A stretch of 64,000 nucleotides of DNA from Microthyrium microscopicum (lineage: Eukaryota): NCBI GenBank assembly GCA_010405405.1, contig MU004230.1, positions 2,886,627 through 2,950,626 on the forward strand, given 5' to 3'. The notes beneath the pieces were generated by a model. That model was not told where the DNA came from and did no database searches. It saw only the letters and a program-made list of their open reading frames with translations. Numbering within the stretch: the first letter of the stretch is position 1; each line of letters starts with the position of its first letter. Shown piece by piece: positions 8,347-20,548 of the stretch. The position numbers were made by a program, and so were the translations under genes.

Positions 8347-10955
8347 TCATATATTGGTGAGATCTAGCTGATCGAATTCCTGCCATCGTGATCCACCGCG
8401 CGGGCGTTTGGAGTTTTGCGGACTGTTGTCGAATGTGAATGCTCCTGGTAGGCTTTCTCGTACTCGTATCCGTTGCTTGTTAAGATTGGCTACGCCGAGA
8501 GGTTTTCCTGGAGGTACATCTGAAGCACCAACGAGCTGTGACTTTGACGACTTGAAAGATGAAGAGATGCTCGATTGCATATTTGTGTGGTGTGGAGGTA
8601 CATCTTTTGACAGCTCTAGCCGGCTAACAGGCGCACTCTCGTCGTTACCAAGTCTCCTAGAACTTGATTGTGATCGAGAGAACATGTGGCGAGATTGTGG
8701 AGTTTTTGATGGTGAGTTTGGAGGAGATGATGCAGTCAGGTCGATTGCTAGAGTTGCTGCAGCTCTTATAGATGAAGACGAACTGGGCTTATCGACGACA
8801 GTGTTGGCCACCAGCGCATTGATTTTTTGCGCGGAGCTTTGAAATTGTGGTTGGTGTATTCCTGATGGTTTCGCAGGTGAAGACATTGTCAAGTCCATAC
8901 AGTCGATTTGTCTAGTCTTGGAAGGCGAAAAGTAGTGTGTTATTATACCTCTTCCAGATGGAGAATCCACTGAGACAGGTCTTGCACTCCGCTTATTTGC
9001 TTTGGGAGTAGCCGCTGGCGATTGCACGTTGGCCTTCCTTTTGGTGGCTGTGATCGAAATTCCCAGCTCGGGCTCATCATATCGATTATCCCCTTCTGTT
9101 TGCACTCGTCTGAAAGCTGTTCGCCGTCCTCTACTAGGCTTCATTGGTGGAAGGTCCGTCCCAAAATGCTTAACAGCAACACTGGTATTGACCGACCGTG
9201 AGTCCTGTGGGCGAGGAGGCGAGGAGGAGAGAAGACTGATAGACTGAACTGGCTCCTCCTCCAGGGGTACGGGTGAGAGAGTGCGAAAAGATGGGACTTG
9301 ACTCCGCATTGGTATCTCCCGAAAAGTTGGTGTTGAGGCTTGCTTTGAGGGATTACTCCCGGCTGGAGACTGTGTTGATGAAATACCTTTGGTGACTCTA
9401 GTAAATTTATGCAAAGCACCTGCCGGCATGGCTTTGTCGATACCTTCCTTTTTTGCTGGAGCTCTAGCGGCTTTTGTTGTAGCTTTGGACGCTTTCTGTA
9501 GTTGCGAGTCCGTCCATTCACGAAATATCCGTTTCTCGCCCAACTGAACGTAGTGTTCCGAGATCCACTCTTTGGCAATATCGCTTGGCTCGAAGAGGTA
9601 CGGCCGTCTCTCCTGGGTGCTCCCAATTGTTTCAGCAGGCTCATTATCTTCCAGGTCTGCCTCTTCATCATCTGGATCGGCTGCCATGACCTGATCATCA
9701 GGTCTTTCGGTTGAAAGATCAATATCAACCACGTCTAGAGGTATGAAGCTAACTCGTAGCTCCGGTATGTTGTCAGTCGATGAGTGCGTCCGAGCTTGAT
9801 GTATTTTCTTGAGAATATTCGACGGTTGATTTTCCGAACTTGATCTCAGCTTTCTCACCAACAACGCCGGAGCGAGAGTGCGAATAAACTTTTTGGCACC
9901 GGTAAGGTTCTCCCATTTGAATGCTTCCTCTGTAAATTTTCTCAATGCTGGGAGATCCATGGGTTTCTCCCAAACGAGCTTTTCGCGTATCTCATCCAGC
10001 GCCTGCGCAGATGAAATTGCAGGATGTGTGTAGTACTTGAGGATATCGCGATTGGGAAACGATTCCGGAATTTGCAATGCGCCGTGTTTTCGCTTGAATA
10101 GTTTGTTTTCGTTAGTCTTGAGCTCGTTAGATAGTCGTTCCTTCCATTCCTCGTACCCCTTCTTATCATTACGTTTTATTTTGCACAGATCCAGACCAAA
10201 ACCAGCTCGCGCAGCCTCGCATGCTAGCTTAGGACCACAACCTGGAATGCCCTCAGGAATATAATCGCCACCACTCATCATGGCAACCAAAATCATGCCT
10301 TCTCTATCCAAACCTGATACACCGGCTTTTATCTTGACTGAATCGTAAACGTTGACATGGGTGGGGGTCTTTCCTTTCCCCTCGGGAGACCAACTGCGCA
10401 GAGTGATTCCGCTTCCAAACATGATTGTATCAACATCCTCACTCAGCACCGCATCCACGATTCTCTCTCTCTGCAGCAAGGCGCATTCTGCTTCAGCTTC
10501 GCCGGGGGCAGTATGATATGGTAAGCCAAACTCTTTCAACAGCTGTTTTGCGAGGAACTCGGGAACAGTCGCAACGTTGGGACCGCTCCATTTATTGCGC
10601 TTGAATTGAGGTTTATTTGGGCCATCGAAGACGAAAAGGGGTTGGATTGCAAGAGACGTGAGCCTAAGGATACGATAATAGAATGTGCGGAGTGCTGGTT
10701 GTTCGCCACCTAATACTGTCAGCGCTGTAAAGATTCGAAGGAAGTATGCCGACCTTTGGAGGCTTTGATCTGGAACAGCCATATAGATATGTCAACGGCT
10801 AATCTCAAAGGCCGTCCAGTCTCTTTGAACTTCTGTAGAGCAAACTTGGAAAGAGCAATGCGCTCTCCGGGGCCAATTTCCTTGTAAATGCTACAGGCTT
10901 GATTAATATGGATATTTGAGAGCAAAAGAAGAATTACATACCCGTGAATACCCAT
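8347..10955 (-). CDS. GEN1: XPG/Rad2-family nuclease, GEN1/Yen1-type Holliday junction resolvase
   Basis: Exons 10955-10942, 10890-10754, 10709-8347. MGIHG start, AVDISIW, FVFDG, EAEAECA, SEDVD, GGDYIPEGIPGCG. Long disordered C terminus. Confidence 0.85.
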
Positions 10956-11346
10956 ATTTAAATAATGGAATAATTAGGAAGACATCTTGCTTTCCGAAAG
11001 TAGGGATCAGGCAGTTTACGGAGCGGTGGAATAGCAGGTAGTTGATGTTTTGAAAGTATCTCAATGAGGAAAACATGATGCGGCTCAGGTTGCTATGGGG
11101 GTGCCGTGACCAATGATAGCACCCCCCGATGTTGAGCCGGAACTCGGCGCGTCCCTCCAACGCGACTTTCGACTCCGGTTTTTATTTACTCCACCCAGCA
11201 TCTCCAGTGATGGCATAATTCGATCCCTACACAATTGAGAAGGGAAAAACGCAGAACACAAAAGGACAAGTCTGCGCCAGCATTCCTAAATTACATTCTT
11301 TGCGCCAATAGCCGCGGGAGCCTATGACATCAATCTGGGCAACAGC

Positions 11347-14300
11347 ATGGCTCCCAAACGCCCACGCGCTGCTCTGGATGACAGCGTGTCGTCGCTGGAT
11401 CCTTTAGCATACTCTGCTATCATGCAATCTTCGCCTATGCGGAAGACTCCTGCGCGACAAACCCAGGACATATTCGTGGAACCCACAACATACCTTCGAG
11501 GCCCATCTCCACAGAAGACCTTGATAATTGATCCCGAGCCCAACTTTGGACAGGGAAAGAGTCCTTATAGGATACGAGTGACGGTGCAAGCTGAGCCTCA
11601 GGAGGAAGACAGTTTTCAGGGAGGCGTGGTCGAAGATTCACCGTTAGAGGACAAGGTTAAAAGATCTATCAGCCCAAAAAAGTCGCCTGTGAAAAAGGCC
11701 AAAACAATCACTGTACCTTTACATGATCCTGATGATCTATCCAAAACTCCTCGAAAACGGAAACCGCGGCGATCAGGAACGCCCGCTCCCAGGCGGCGCC
11801 GGGCAACTCCAGGCACGAATAAAGCAATCAATGAGTGGTATGATAGCGACTTTAGACCTGGGCATGCTAGACCAGCCCGTAGACTTTCTGCGGCTGGCAG
11901 GGCCAAGAGGCAAGAGCAATCAGACGATGATCACATAGAAGACCGCTCCTCGGAGCCAGGTTTGAGAAAATCAAATACGCCAGCTGCGTCGTCACAATCA
12001 AAGAACCCGACTGATCGAGGAGCGGCTCGGAAAGCAACCCGGTCTACATCTCGGCAACCTTCAATCGGATTGATCAGCGATTTTGCTCGAGGTCAGAATA
12101 TATCATCACCAGGGCCGCAGCTCCTTGAGGCCGAAGATTTCTCTATCGCCGAACAGTTATCGGGAGCCTCGGAGTCAAATGAGGATGATGATGAGGAGTC
12201 AGAAATAGTACGACAGATCACTCCGCAAGACAGGATTGGATCCCCTTCGTATACCATTCCAACTCCACAGTTTCCCTCAACCTTTGATCTGGAAGCAATG
12301 TCTATGCGAAATGCTATGGATTCTTCCAACCCCAACAAAATTTCGCAGAGACGCGAAACACCCGAAACGACACAGGAGAAGAACTCGACACTCAACAGAT
12401 GGACCCAATTCAGTACCATACCGAAGCGAGCGCCAATTGAAAACGAGACGTTGGACTTGGCTGAGGCAGAAGGTCAACTATCTGAGGCAGAAGACGAGCC
12501 CATTCTGGATGCGATTGGTGGTGCGTCGGACAGCGACAGTGACGATGATAAAGCCTCCCCACCTCAAGATGATGGGGATGAGATACTCCTCGCCTCAGAA
12601 GAGGACGAGGCTTCCGAGGATGAATTAATAGAAGAGGAGCCCGTGATTGAAGATATCGACATGGAGATGACAGGTGTCGTAGGTGATGATGGACCAATCG
12701 GAGATGCAACGATGCAGAGAAGTATGGATATGACAATTGTCTCGCCAAGTGCTTTGTACAGCAAGCTGGATATTGGTAGCAGCATTGTGCACGCGTCACC
12801 TGAAAAGCGTGTCGCGTCCCAGACAACGAACAAAGACGCGTTCTTGCCCAGGCCATCTCCAGTCCCACCATTCTCACCTGCCGTTCCAACAATCGAAAAT
12901 ACCGACCAGTCACTCGAGTCTTCTCCGCACGTCAGATTCAGCTCACCGCTCATTATTACACAGTCTAGAAGAAGGTCCCCATCGGAACAAATCAGAGAAA
13001 CAACTCCTGGAATCATCAGGCCTCCATCAGTTAGAGGAAACTCTCCAACTCCCCACCTTCCAACCCCAGAATCGGACGAAAAATTTGCAAAACAAGAAGA
13101 GATTTCACAACATTCGGCGTCCATGGCTGGAGGGCTTGATGCAAACACGGCGGAAGTCGCAAACCAATCGCCTCACTCGGACCTATCGTCACCCAAACCA
13201 AGAAGTTCTCCACCTCAGACGGAAAGCGCGAACCGTAAACAAGAACTAGAGGAACGTTGGCAAAATGAACGCGAGAAAGTCAAAGAGCAAGCTCGACAAA
13301 GCTCAGCAAGCAAACAACTCACGATCGACGACGATGAAGATGAAGCCAGCGATGTAGATATGTGGGCAGAAGCTGCAGGCGATTCTTCACCGCCTATTGA
13401 GTCAAGCCGCATCTCGAATAGGCCTTCTGTTGCCTCATATCGTGCGGCGCAACGGCAAACTTCCAATAGTTTCCAAGCTATAGGCCACATGGCGGATTCG
13501 AAACGTCCTCGACCTACGAAGAAATTGGCTAAAGACAAATTACGCGTTGCAAGTGGTGGAATGAGCCAGGCTAAGGAAGAAGTTGCTGCTTTATTCGCAA
13601 CTCTGGCGAAGGACAAAGAGGCGCTACCTGCAGAGATCACGGAAATTGAGAGCTCTGATGAAGAATCTGGTGTCCACCAGAATAACGCACACAACTTCAG
13701 TTCTATCATCAGGAACAAAGTTAGAAACATGATGGAGGACGTTGACTTTTCTATCACCGGAGCCAACAGAAAACAGCACAAAACGCCATCTCCACCGCCA
13801 ATGCCACTACAGCCATCGCCGATTATCGTACAGAAATCAAGCGAACATGCAAAACCATTGCTTAGCCCTCCTCTCCTAGCACCTCCTTCATTGCCTCATT
13901 CGCCACGTCGAAGTAGTCCTTTAAAGCACCGCCTGGATCTAGATGAAGAAGAAGATACGACCGTAAATAATACTATGGCATCTGATGTACGACAGCTCCA
14001 ACACGAAACCCGAGCCGCAAAACGGCCAGCCTTGGAGCGAAATACATCTCCCAAATTGACACAGCCACGCCCACCACCACGACCACATCGCACATCGTTG
14101 TTGAAGTCTACTCAAAAGCGCCTAGCGCGTGCCGCCATGGAGAAGTCTTCTCACGTCGCAGCTGTAGACAACTCAATATTTTCCAGAATTTCGTCTCTGA
14201 TCTCTCCCGACGAGACGAGCATCAATGCAAGCCTCGCGTCAGCCACAGACACCATATCACCGCCAGACCACCCAAATCATCCTTTATTACAAAACTTCCG

Positions 14301-14787
14301 AATGTTGCCGCAGGATCACCCTTGGACTGACGACCATTTCCAAGCACTGCTTTCACTTTATAAGCATTGGTTACTACACGAAGACATGTATTCACCACGG
14401 CATGCTATCAATGCGCGCCTCATCACGCCAGAGTGGAGCAAATTGATCAACATGTCATTCTCGAATTGGGGATATGAGATGCTCGTTACTGAAGGGCTTG
14501 TCGTGATTGCTGCACTTTTCGAACAACTGCTACGATTACGTGACCAGGCTGAATTCGAGGAATTGTATGGTGCTGAATTGAGAATTGGAGTTGTTGGCGC
14601 CCGTACAGTTGAGAGCGGCCCGATTTCCAAATGGCACATTGCCTTGCGCCTATTCACGGTGATGGTGGGAGACTTGATCCGAGCCGATGAGAGAAAGGGC
14701 GTGCCTATTGATCGCACCCCGAAACTCAAGTGGCGGTATAGGGATCAGTGGCTTTGGCGACGCGGCTGGTTCTCTGGTCTTCTCTAA
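11347..14787 (+). CDS. large low-complexity hypothetical protein (1146 aa) with a folded-looking C-terminal domain
   Basis: Uninterrupted 3.4 kb ORF, S/P/E-rich with basic NLS-like stretches. Short SPYRIRVTVQAEP block and a helical aromatic C terminus. Confidence 0.8.
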   Translation: MAPKRPRAALDDSVSSLDPLAYSAIMQSSPMRKTPARQTQDIFVEPTTYLRGPSPQKTLIIDPEPNFGQGKSPYRIRVTVQAEPQEEDSFQGGVVEDSPLEDKVKRSISPKKSPVKKAKTITVPLHDPDDLSKTPRKRKPRRSGTPAPRRRRATPGTNKAINEWYDSDFRPGHARPARRLSAAGRAKRQEQSDDDHIEDRSSEPGLRKSNTPAASSQSKNPTDRGAARKATRSTSRQPSIGLISDFARGQNISSPGPQLLEAEDFSIAEQLSGASESNEDDDEESEIVRQITPQDRIGSPSYTIPTPQFPSTFDLEAMSMRNAMDSSNPNKISQRRETPETTQEKNSTLNRWTQFSTIPKRAPIENETLDLAEAEGQLSEAEDEPILDAIGGASDSDSDDDKASPPQDDGDEILLASEEDEASEDELIEEEPVIEDIDMEMTGVVGDDGPIGDATMQRSMDMTIVSPSALYSKLDIGSSIVHASPEKRVASQTTNKDAFLPRPSPVPPFSPAVPTIENTDQSLESSPHVRFSSPLIITQSRRRSPSEQIRETTPGIIRPPSVRGNSPTPHLPTPESDEKFAKQEEISQHSASMAGGLDANTAEVANQSPHSDLSSPKPRSSPPQTESANRKQELEERWQNEREKVKEQARQSSASKQLTIDDDEDEASDVDMWAEAAGDSSPPIESSRISNRPSVASYRAAQRQTSNSFQAIGHMADSKRPRPTKKLAKDKLRVASGGMSQAKEEVAALFATLAKDKEALPAEITEIESSDEESGVHQNNAHNFSSIIRNKVRNMMEDVDFSITGANRKQHKTPSPPPMPLQPSPIIVQKSSEHAKPLLSPPLLAPPSLPHSPRRSSPLKHRLDLDEEEDTTVNNTMASDVRQLQHETRAAKRPALERNTSPKLTQPRPPPRPHRTSLLKSTQKRLARAAMEKSSHVAAVDNSIFSRISSLISPDETSINASLASATDTISPPDHPNHPLLQNFRMLPQDHPWTDDHFQALLSLYKHWLLHEDMYSPRHAINARLITPEWSKLINMSFSNWGYEMLVTEGLVVIAALFEQLLRLRDQAEFEELYGAELRIGVVGARTVESGPISKWHIALRLFTVMVGDLIRADERKGVPIDRTPKLKWRYRDQWLWRRGWFSGLL

Positions 14788-15473
14788 TGTTTGGATGCAT
14801 AGCGTGCACTTGTACAGTGTAGTTGTTTTTGTTTTGAGCGATCATTTTCAGATACCCCTTGTATAACGCGCTCTGTTGGATGTGCACCCGCTGATATAGC
14901 AGCGATGAATGAAATGACGAATTTGAATAGACGAGGCCTGACTTGGATGTTAGTCGCTTACGATGCTGGTGAATAATGTCTTTCGCTATATGCAAGCAGG
15001 AATGCCGTTGCACACTCAATACTACCATTGGCTGTAGTTTGACGCCCGCTTGTACCTGGCCTTCGAGCAGAGTCCATCGACGTAGCTGCCAAATCGTGTG
15101 GTAAATTTTCTAGACACGCGCATAAGTGCTGTAAAAGGTGACCGTGTCTCAAGCAAACAAGCGCATCGCCGCATGCCTGCGGGTACCACGGACGCAGTGC
15201 AAAGGCCCTAATATAAAACGAGAGTTGGAAGCCCTTGTTGACGTGACGCAAGCCTAGCTAGAACTATTTCAAGCTTTAGCAAATTGCAGCAGGAACCGTG
15301 AAGTTTAATAGAAATATTGTGAGCACTGAAGTTGTGGCTCTGAGATCTCCACAACGTGGGTGGCTTTTGGTTGGACGATTTAATGACTTGCATCTGACGT
15401 TTCATGTTTGCCTTGTTTCACTTTGCGCCTAAACACTTTCATAGCACAACATTTCTTTGCATATACCACCAAC

Positions 15474-17878
15474 ATGGCATTGCAAGGCGTGTTATCGCGA
15501 CTGCTTTTGCTGGTGCTTGTGCTGGCGATATGCGCCACGCAGACCGCGCACGCGGCGCCGTCTTGGTGGAAGCGAAGCTTTAGTCGCTGGAAGATGGGGA
15601 TTGAAGGTGAAGAGATGCTTGCGCCTGCTGCGCCGGATGGACATCATTATTTGTTAGGCGTCGGGAAAGGTGATATCACCGGGTAAGAATTTTCAATTGC
15701 TGGGCAAGAGGATGAGCTAATTTTTCTAGTCCGGTCGTGGATTTGATATTCATGGGATATGCGGATGCAAATCAGATTGGAAGTGGAGTCCGGCAGCGAC
15801 TTTATTCTCGCGCGTTCATCATTGGTGACCTAAAGAAACCCGAAGATCGAATTGTTTATTTAGTCCTCGATATCCAGTCTGGAGATATTGCCGTTCGGGA
15901 TGGTGTTCTTAAGGGACTCCAACAGCTAGGACCCGAGTATTCAATGTATACAAAAGACAATATTGCGCTTACTGGAACTCATTCCCATTCCGGACCTGGA
16001 GCATGGACGAACTATTTCCTACATCATGCAAGTACCAGAGGCTTTGATAGGCCATCCTGGGAGGCGATTGTGAACGGCACTGTTTTGTCGATCAAACGTG
16101 CTCATGAGAAGTTGAAAGAAGGACGCATTAGCTGGGGAAAAATAAGACTCGAGGATGCAAACTTCAATCGTAGCCCGTCTTCATACAGAGCGAATCCAGA
16201 ATCAGAACGCACCCAGTATACAGATAATGTTGATAAAGAAATGACCATGCTACGGTTCGCGGATCTGGATCATAAAGATTATGGGGTCTTGACTTTCTTT
16301 CCAACACATGGCACTTCAATGTATTTGAATCAAACTATGGTCACAGGAGACAACAAAGGCGTTGCAGCATACCTATTCGAGAGAAAAATGCAAGCCAAGT
16401 TTCCAGGATTCATTGCCGGCTTTTCTCAGTCAAATGTTGGAGACGTCACTCCTAATGTGCTAGGTGATTATTGTGAGAGTGGACCAGATCTTGGGAAGCG
16501 ATGTAATGAGACGGATACTACTTGTGGTGGTATAGTCGCTCCATGTCACTCAAGAGGGCCTTTCTTTGGTCTCAATGATGGTGGAAGGAAAAGTTGCTTC
16601 GAGATTGGCAAGCGTCAATTTGAAAAAGCGTATGAACTTCATCAAATAATGAGTGTCCGAGGACCAAATGCAACAGAGATTCCGGTTCGAGGACCAGTCA
16701 AGGCATTTCACACTTTCCAAAACATGAGCTGGCAGGAATTTCCGCATCCAAATGGCTCTACTGTAATGACATGTCCATCCGCTATGGGCTACAGCTTTGC
16801 AGCTGGCACATCAGATGGCCCAGGAATTGCAGACTTTCGGCAAGGTTTGACGGGTGATCAACCACCAGTCAGTCCGATCTGGCCCATTCTAAGAGGACTC
16901 CTCAAGAATCCAACGCCGCGCCAGAAGGAGTGCCATGGAGTCAAGCCTATCTTACTAGACATCGGAGAGATGACAACACCATATGAATGGGGCCCCAATA
17001 TTGCCGATATACAACTAATGCGAGTTGGACCAATCATCTTGATCATTTCAACCGGTGAAGCGACAACCATGTCTGGTCGGCGATGGAAATCGGCAATCAG
17101 CAAGGCCGTACTTGATCAAGGCATCTTCAAAGATCATCCAAGGACGGCAAACGAAACTCCTGTTGTGGTTTTGGGCGGGCCAGCAAATAGTTATACTCAT
17201 TACATCACAACGGAAGAAGAATACGCAAAACAGCGATACGAAGGTGCCAGTACGCTTTATGGTCCACACACGCTGAATGCGATGATCCATTATAGTATTC
17301 AGGGCCTCAGATATCTTTCGGCAACAAATGAGGTGAAACCACCAGCAGGACCACAACCTCCAATAAATGTTGATCGAGCTATGAGTCTCATTCCAAGTGT
17401 TTCTTCTGACTCCACGCCCTGGGGCAAGAATTATGGCGACGTACTGAATCCACCCAATGCCACATACAACAGAGGAGATACCATCAACGTGACATTCGTA
17501 GGAGCCAGTCCGCGAAACAATCTTAGGCTTGAAGGTACTTTCGCCGCAGTGCAGAAGCTGAATGCAGAGAAAGCGATCAAGCGAGAACAAGCCGTGTTGC
17601 CAGATCCAGAACGTTCAGCATTTTCCACCAATGAGATCACACTTGACCAATCTGATGCTGAATGGACCACCGTACGGGATGATTTCGACTGGGAGTTGGT
17701 CATGGAGTGGAAGAAAGTCGGGACTGTTTTCAAACATAGCGAGTCTACAATAAGTTGGGAAACAGCCGCCGACACTGAACCTGGGACTTATCGATTTGTG
17801 TACAATGGGGATTGGAGAGCAATTAGTGGAGCGATTACTCCATTCCAAGGGATCAGTCCGTCTTTTACGGTCAGTTAA
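15474..17878 (+). CDS. neutral/alkaline non-lysosomal ceramidase
   Basis: Exons 15474-15682 and 15730-17878. Signal anchor, GVGKGDITGP, RQRLYSRAFI, GTHSHSGP, YEGASTLYGPHTL. Confidence 0.92.
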
Positions 17879-18542
17879 TGATGTATCATAGTCACGACAA
17901 AACGAAGAGTTTGGAAATTGAAATGTATTTCTGAAAGTCGTAAATTGCAATCTAGACCTGTACAAAGTTCGAGATGAATAGAGAGATCAAGAGAAGGAAA
18001 ATCAAGTGCAAGCAAGTTTCGGAAAACAATCTATGACTTGAAGTCTTGGGAGGTATGAATACATTCACCAGCCCGATTGCAACATTCAAGAAGAAGCCAA
18101 ACAGTGCCGGTACACGCAAAGACCACAGAATCTGCCAAAGTCCCGACTTTTTGGTTGCCCAAGATATGGTGAAGGCTCCTAAAAAAAGAAAGTTGTGGAC
18201 CTTGTGCTTGACGATCGATGTCCTTTAATGGGTGCTGAAACTTTCGTAGAAAGTCTGTCGAAATCCCAGAAAAACCGTGACCGCCTAGCAGAAAAGAAGA
18301 GTGAAACAATTTCAAGGGAATATTGTGAAAAGTGGTATGGGAGTTGGAGTTGGATATCAAGAGCAATGTGCAGATTCGGCCCCTCAAGAAAGGACTGGGA
18401 CAACAGGGAAGTAGAAAGTTGAGCTAGGGAATGGCAACATATTAACTTGATTCGAGGCAAAATAGAATGCCCATTCTCGTGAGCTGGGAGTGTCCACGAT
18501 GTCGGACAGGAATGAAGTGTGTGCCTGCTTCAGACTCGAGAA

Positions 18543-19513
18543 TCACTCTTCGGACTTGACGTCCAACAGAGTTGGATTGAGCCAGACTTCCTGCTGAGAT
18601 TGAATCCGAGCAACGCTCATCAAGTCCTTGAAGGTCTTATTGATGACGGTATGGAGATCGGGACCATCTTTCTCTGGGCCATTGTGCGGGCACTTGATGT
18701 TGGAGTTTTGAAGCATTTTGACAATGGAGTCGCCAGACTCAAAAGACTCTTGCAGTTCTGTGTGTGTCCGCGCAAGACACCAACCACAATGTGTGCCTTG
18801 AGCAACATTGGTATAGTGGCTGATCATTTTGTCCGCCATAGCCTTGTACGTTTCTCCACGAGCATGTGCCATTGCAGCTTGAACAATCCGGTTAGTATGA
18901 CAAAAAGTAAATTAGAGGATGACTTACCTAGAACAATGACGGGGACCCATTTGATTTCGGGATCGTTGCCAGGGCCTCCCAGTGTATGAAGCTCTTGCTT
19001 CTGACCAATACGGTTGACAAGTGCGGTCGCAATATGAGAAAAGACTTCCTCATTCTTAGCCCAGTAGGCCACACCAAGTCCCAGCCAAAGCATTTTAATG
19101 CTAGTTTTCTCTCCTTCAAGTATGTCGCGCCACTTTGGTTTGTCCAGCTCTTCGCTGATGACCAGCTGACCTGCGGCAATATGAAGCTCATCACACAGCC
19201 GGGCAGCAAGCCAGATGTTGGACAACTTGTCCAAGTTTGTCTCGCCGGTTACCACCAACTTCAGCTGAGAATGATGTAGGAAGTCCAAGAATACCTTAGC
19301 ACCGGCTTCCAACTCCTCCTTATCCAAGATCTCGCAGCCGGCACGGAACTCGAGCTTGAGAGTGAGTTTAGTACCGGAACCTGTTGCTCCAGGAATATTA
19401 GGTCGGACTCTCCGAAGATCGATCTTTCTCTTGGTGACGAAAGGTTTGTTGACGTTTGGGGGAATGGTGAAGACTACGCTGCCTCCATCGACGTAACCAT
19501 CTTTCGGGGCCAT
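18543..19513 (-). CDS. hypothetical protein, divergent BTB/POZ-like
   Basis: Exons 19513-18928 and 18877-18543 (intron GTAAGT/CTAAC/AAG, phase 1) join two ORFs in frame. Helical pattern parallels the neighbouring BTB gene. C-terminal CxxC...CxH. Confidence 0.65.
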
Positions 19514-20548
19514 CTTTGATATGCTTGGAAGTGTGGAAGTTGTTGAAAGAGACGAACCTGGACGAGGATATGCTTTTCCAAGTCGGCCAATGAACAACTG
19601 TTTGTGAGGAGATGTTATGTGTAGTTGACGGCAAGAATGAGTTGGGATAAGATCAAAACTGTCCGGCAATGCGGATCTAACTCTGAGACGGGTTGAGGAG
19701 ATTGTAGGTGAATGTGGTCAATGTTGAGTGCCTGAGGATTGTTCGAAGAAGAGATCTTGGTTGAGAGGAAGGATTTGGTGTTCAGATGAAGTTGGGAGAT
19801 TGAAGTGATCGGATTTGAAGATCTTTTGGAAAAGAAATTTGTAACTTGACTTCCCTCTATCTAGAGTGCTTGATATATGTGGGCTTTCGTGCAAGTTAAG
19901 AAGTGGATTGGGGATTTTTAGGATATCGGACAAGTTAGTGTGATGTTGGTTGGAGATCTTATAGACTTTAGGAGTTCTTCGAGTCAGGAATCAGAAGTGT
20001 TGTGATGGAATGGAGTGTAGGAAAGATGGTTAGGATGGAGAGTCGAATCGTTTAAATACAGAAGAATTGATCTTGATGGATGGTCGAGCTGCTTCGAGAA
20101 GGCACACAATTAAGTGACTGCCTAGTGACTGCTAGGCAGTGAGGTTTGAAAAGTGCTGAACAAGTATTTCCAGTATGAGAATGTCTGATCGTGAAGTTGT
20201 GACTGGAAGTCGCGTAGGAGGTAGGAAGACTTTAGGCACTCAGTCAAGTGAGGACTAGTAAGAAGGTACATTGATAGAGAAAGTCATATGGAGTAAGAGT
20301 TGGGCAGAGTGACGACAGGACTCAGTAATTCAAAAAAGAGCTAAAAAACTCAATAGCTGGACTGAGAACTGGCTCAGTAAAACCTCGCTCAAGTTGTCAT
20401 AGCATGCATCTGATAGGAGTGATGTTGCCTAAATGCCATTGCACTGAACGATGTATGATATTCAAGAATGGAAGATATATTTCCCCGTATCTCGAGTAAG
20501 ATAGAAATTTGAAATTCTGAGGCGGAGATGAGATGAGCAAAGCAAATT

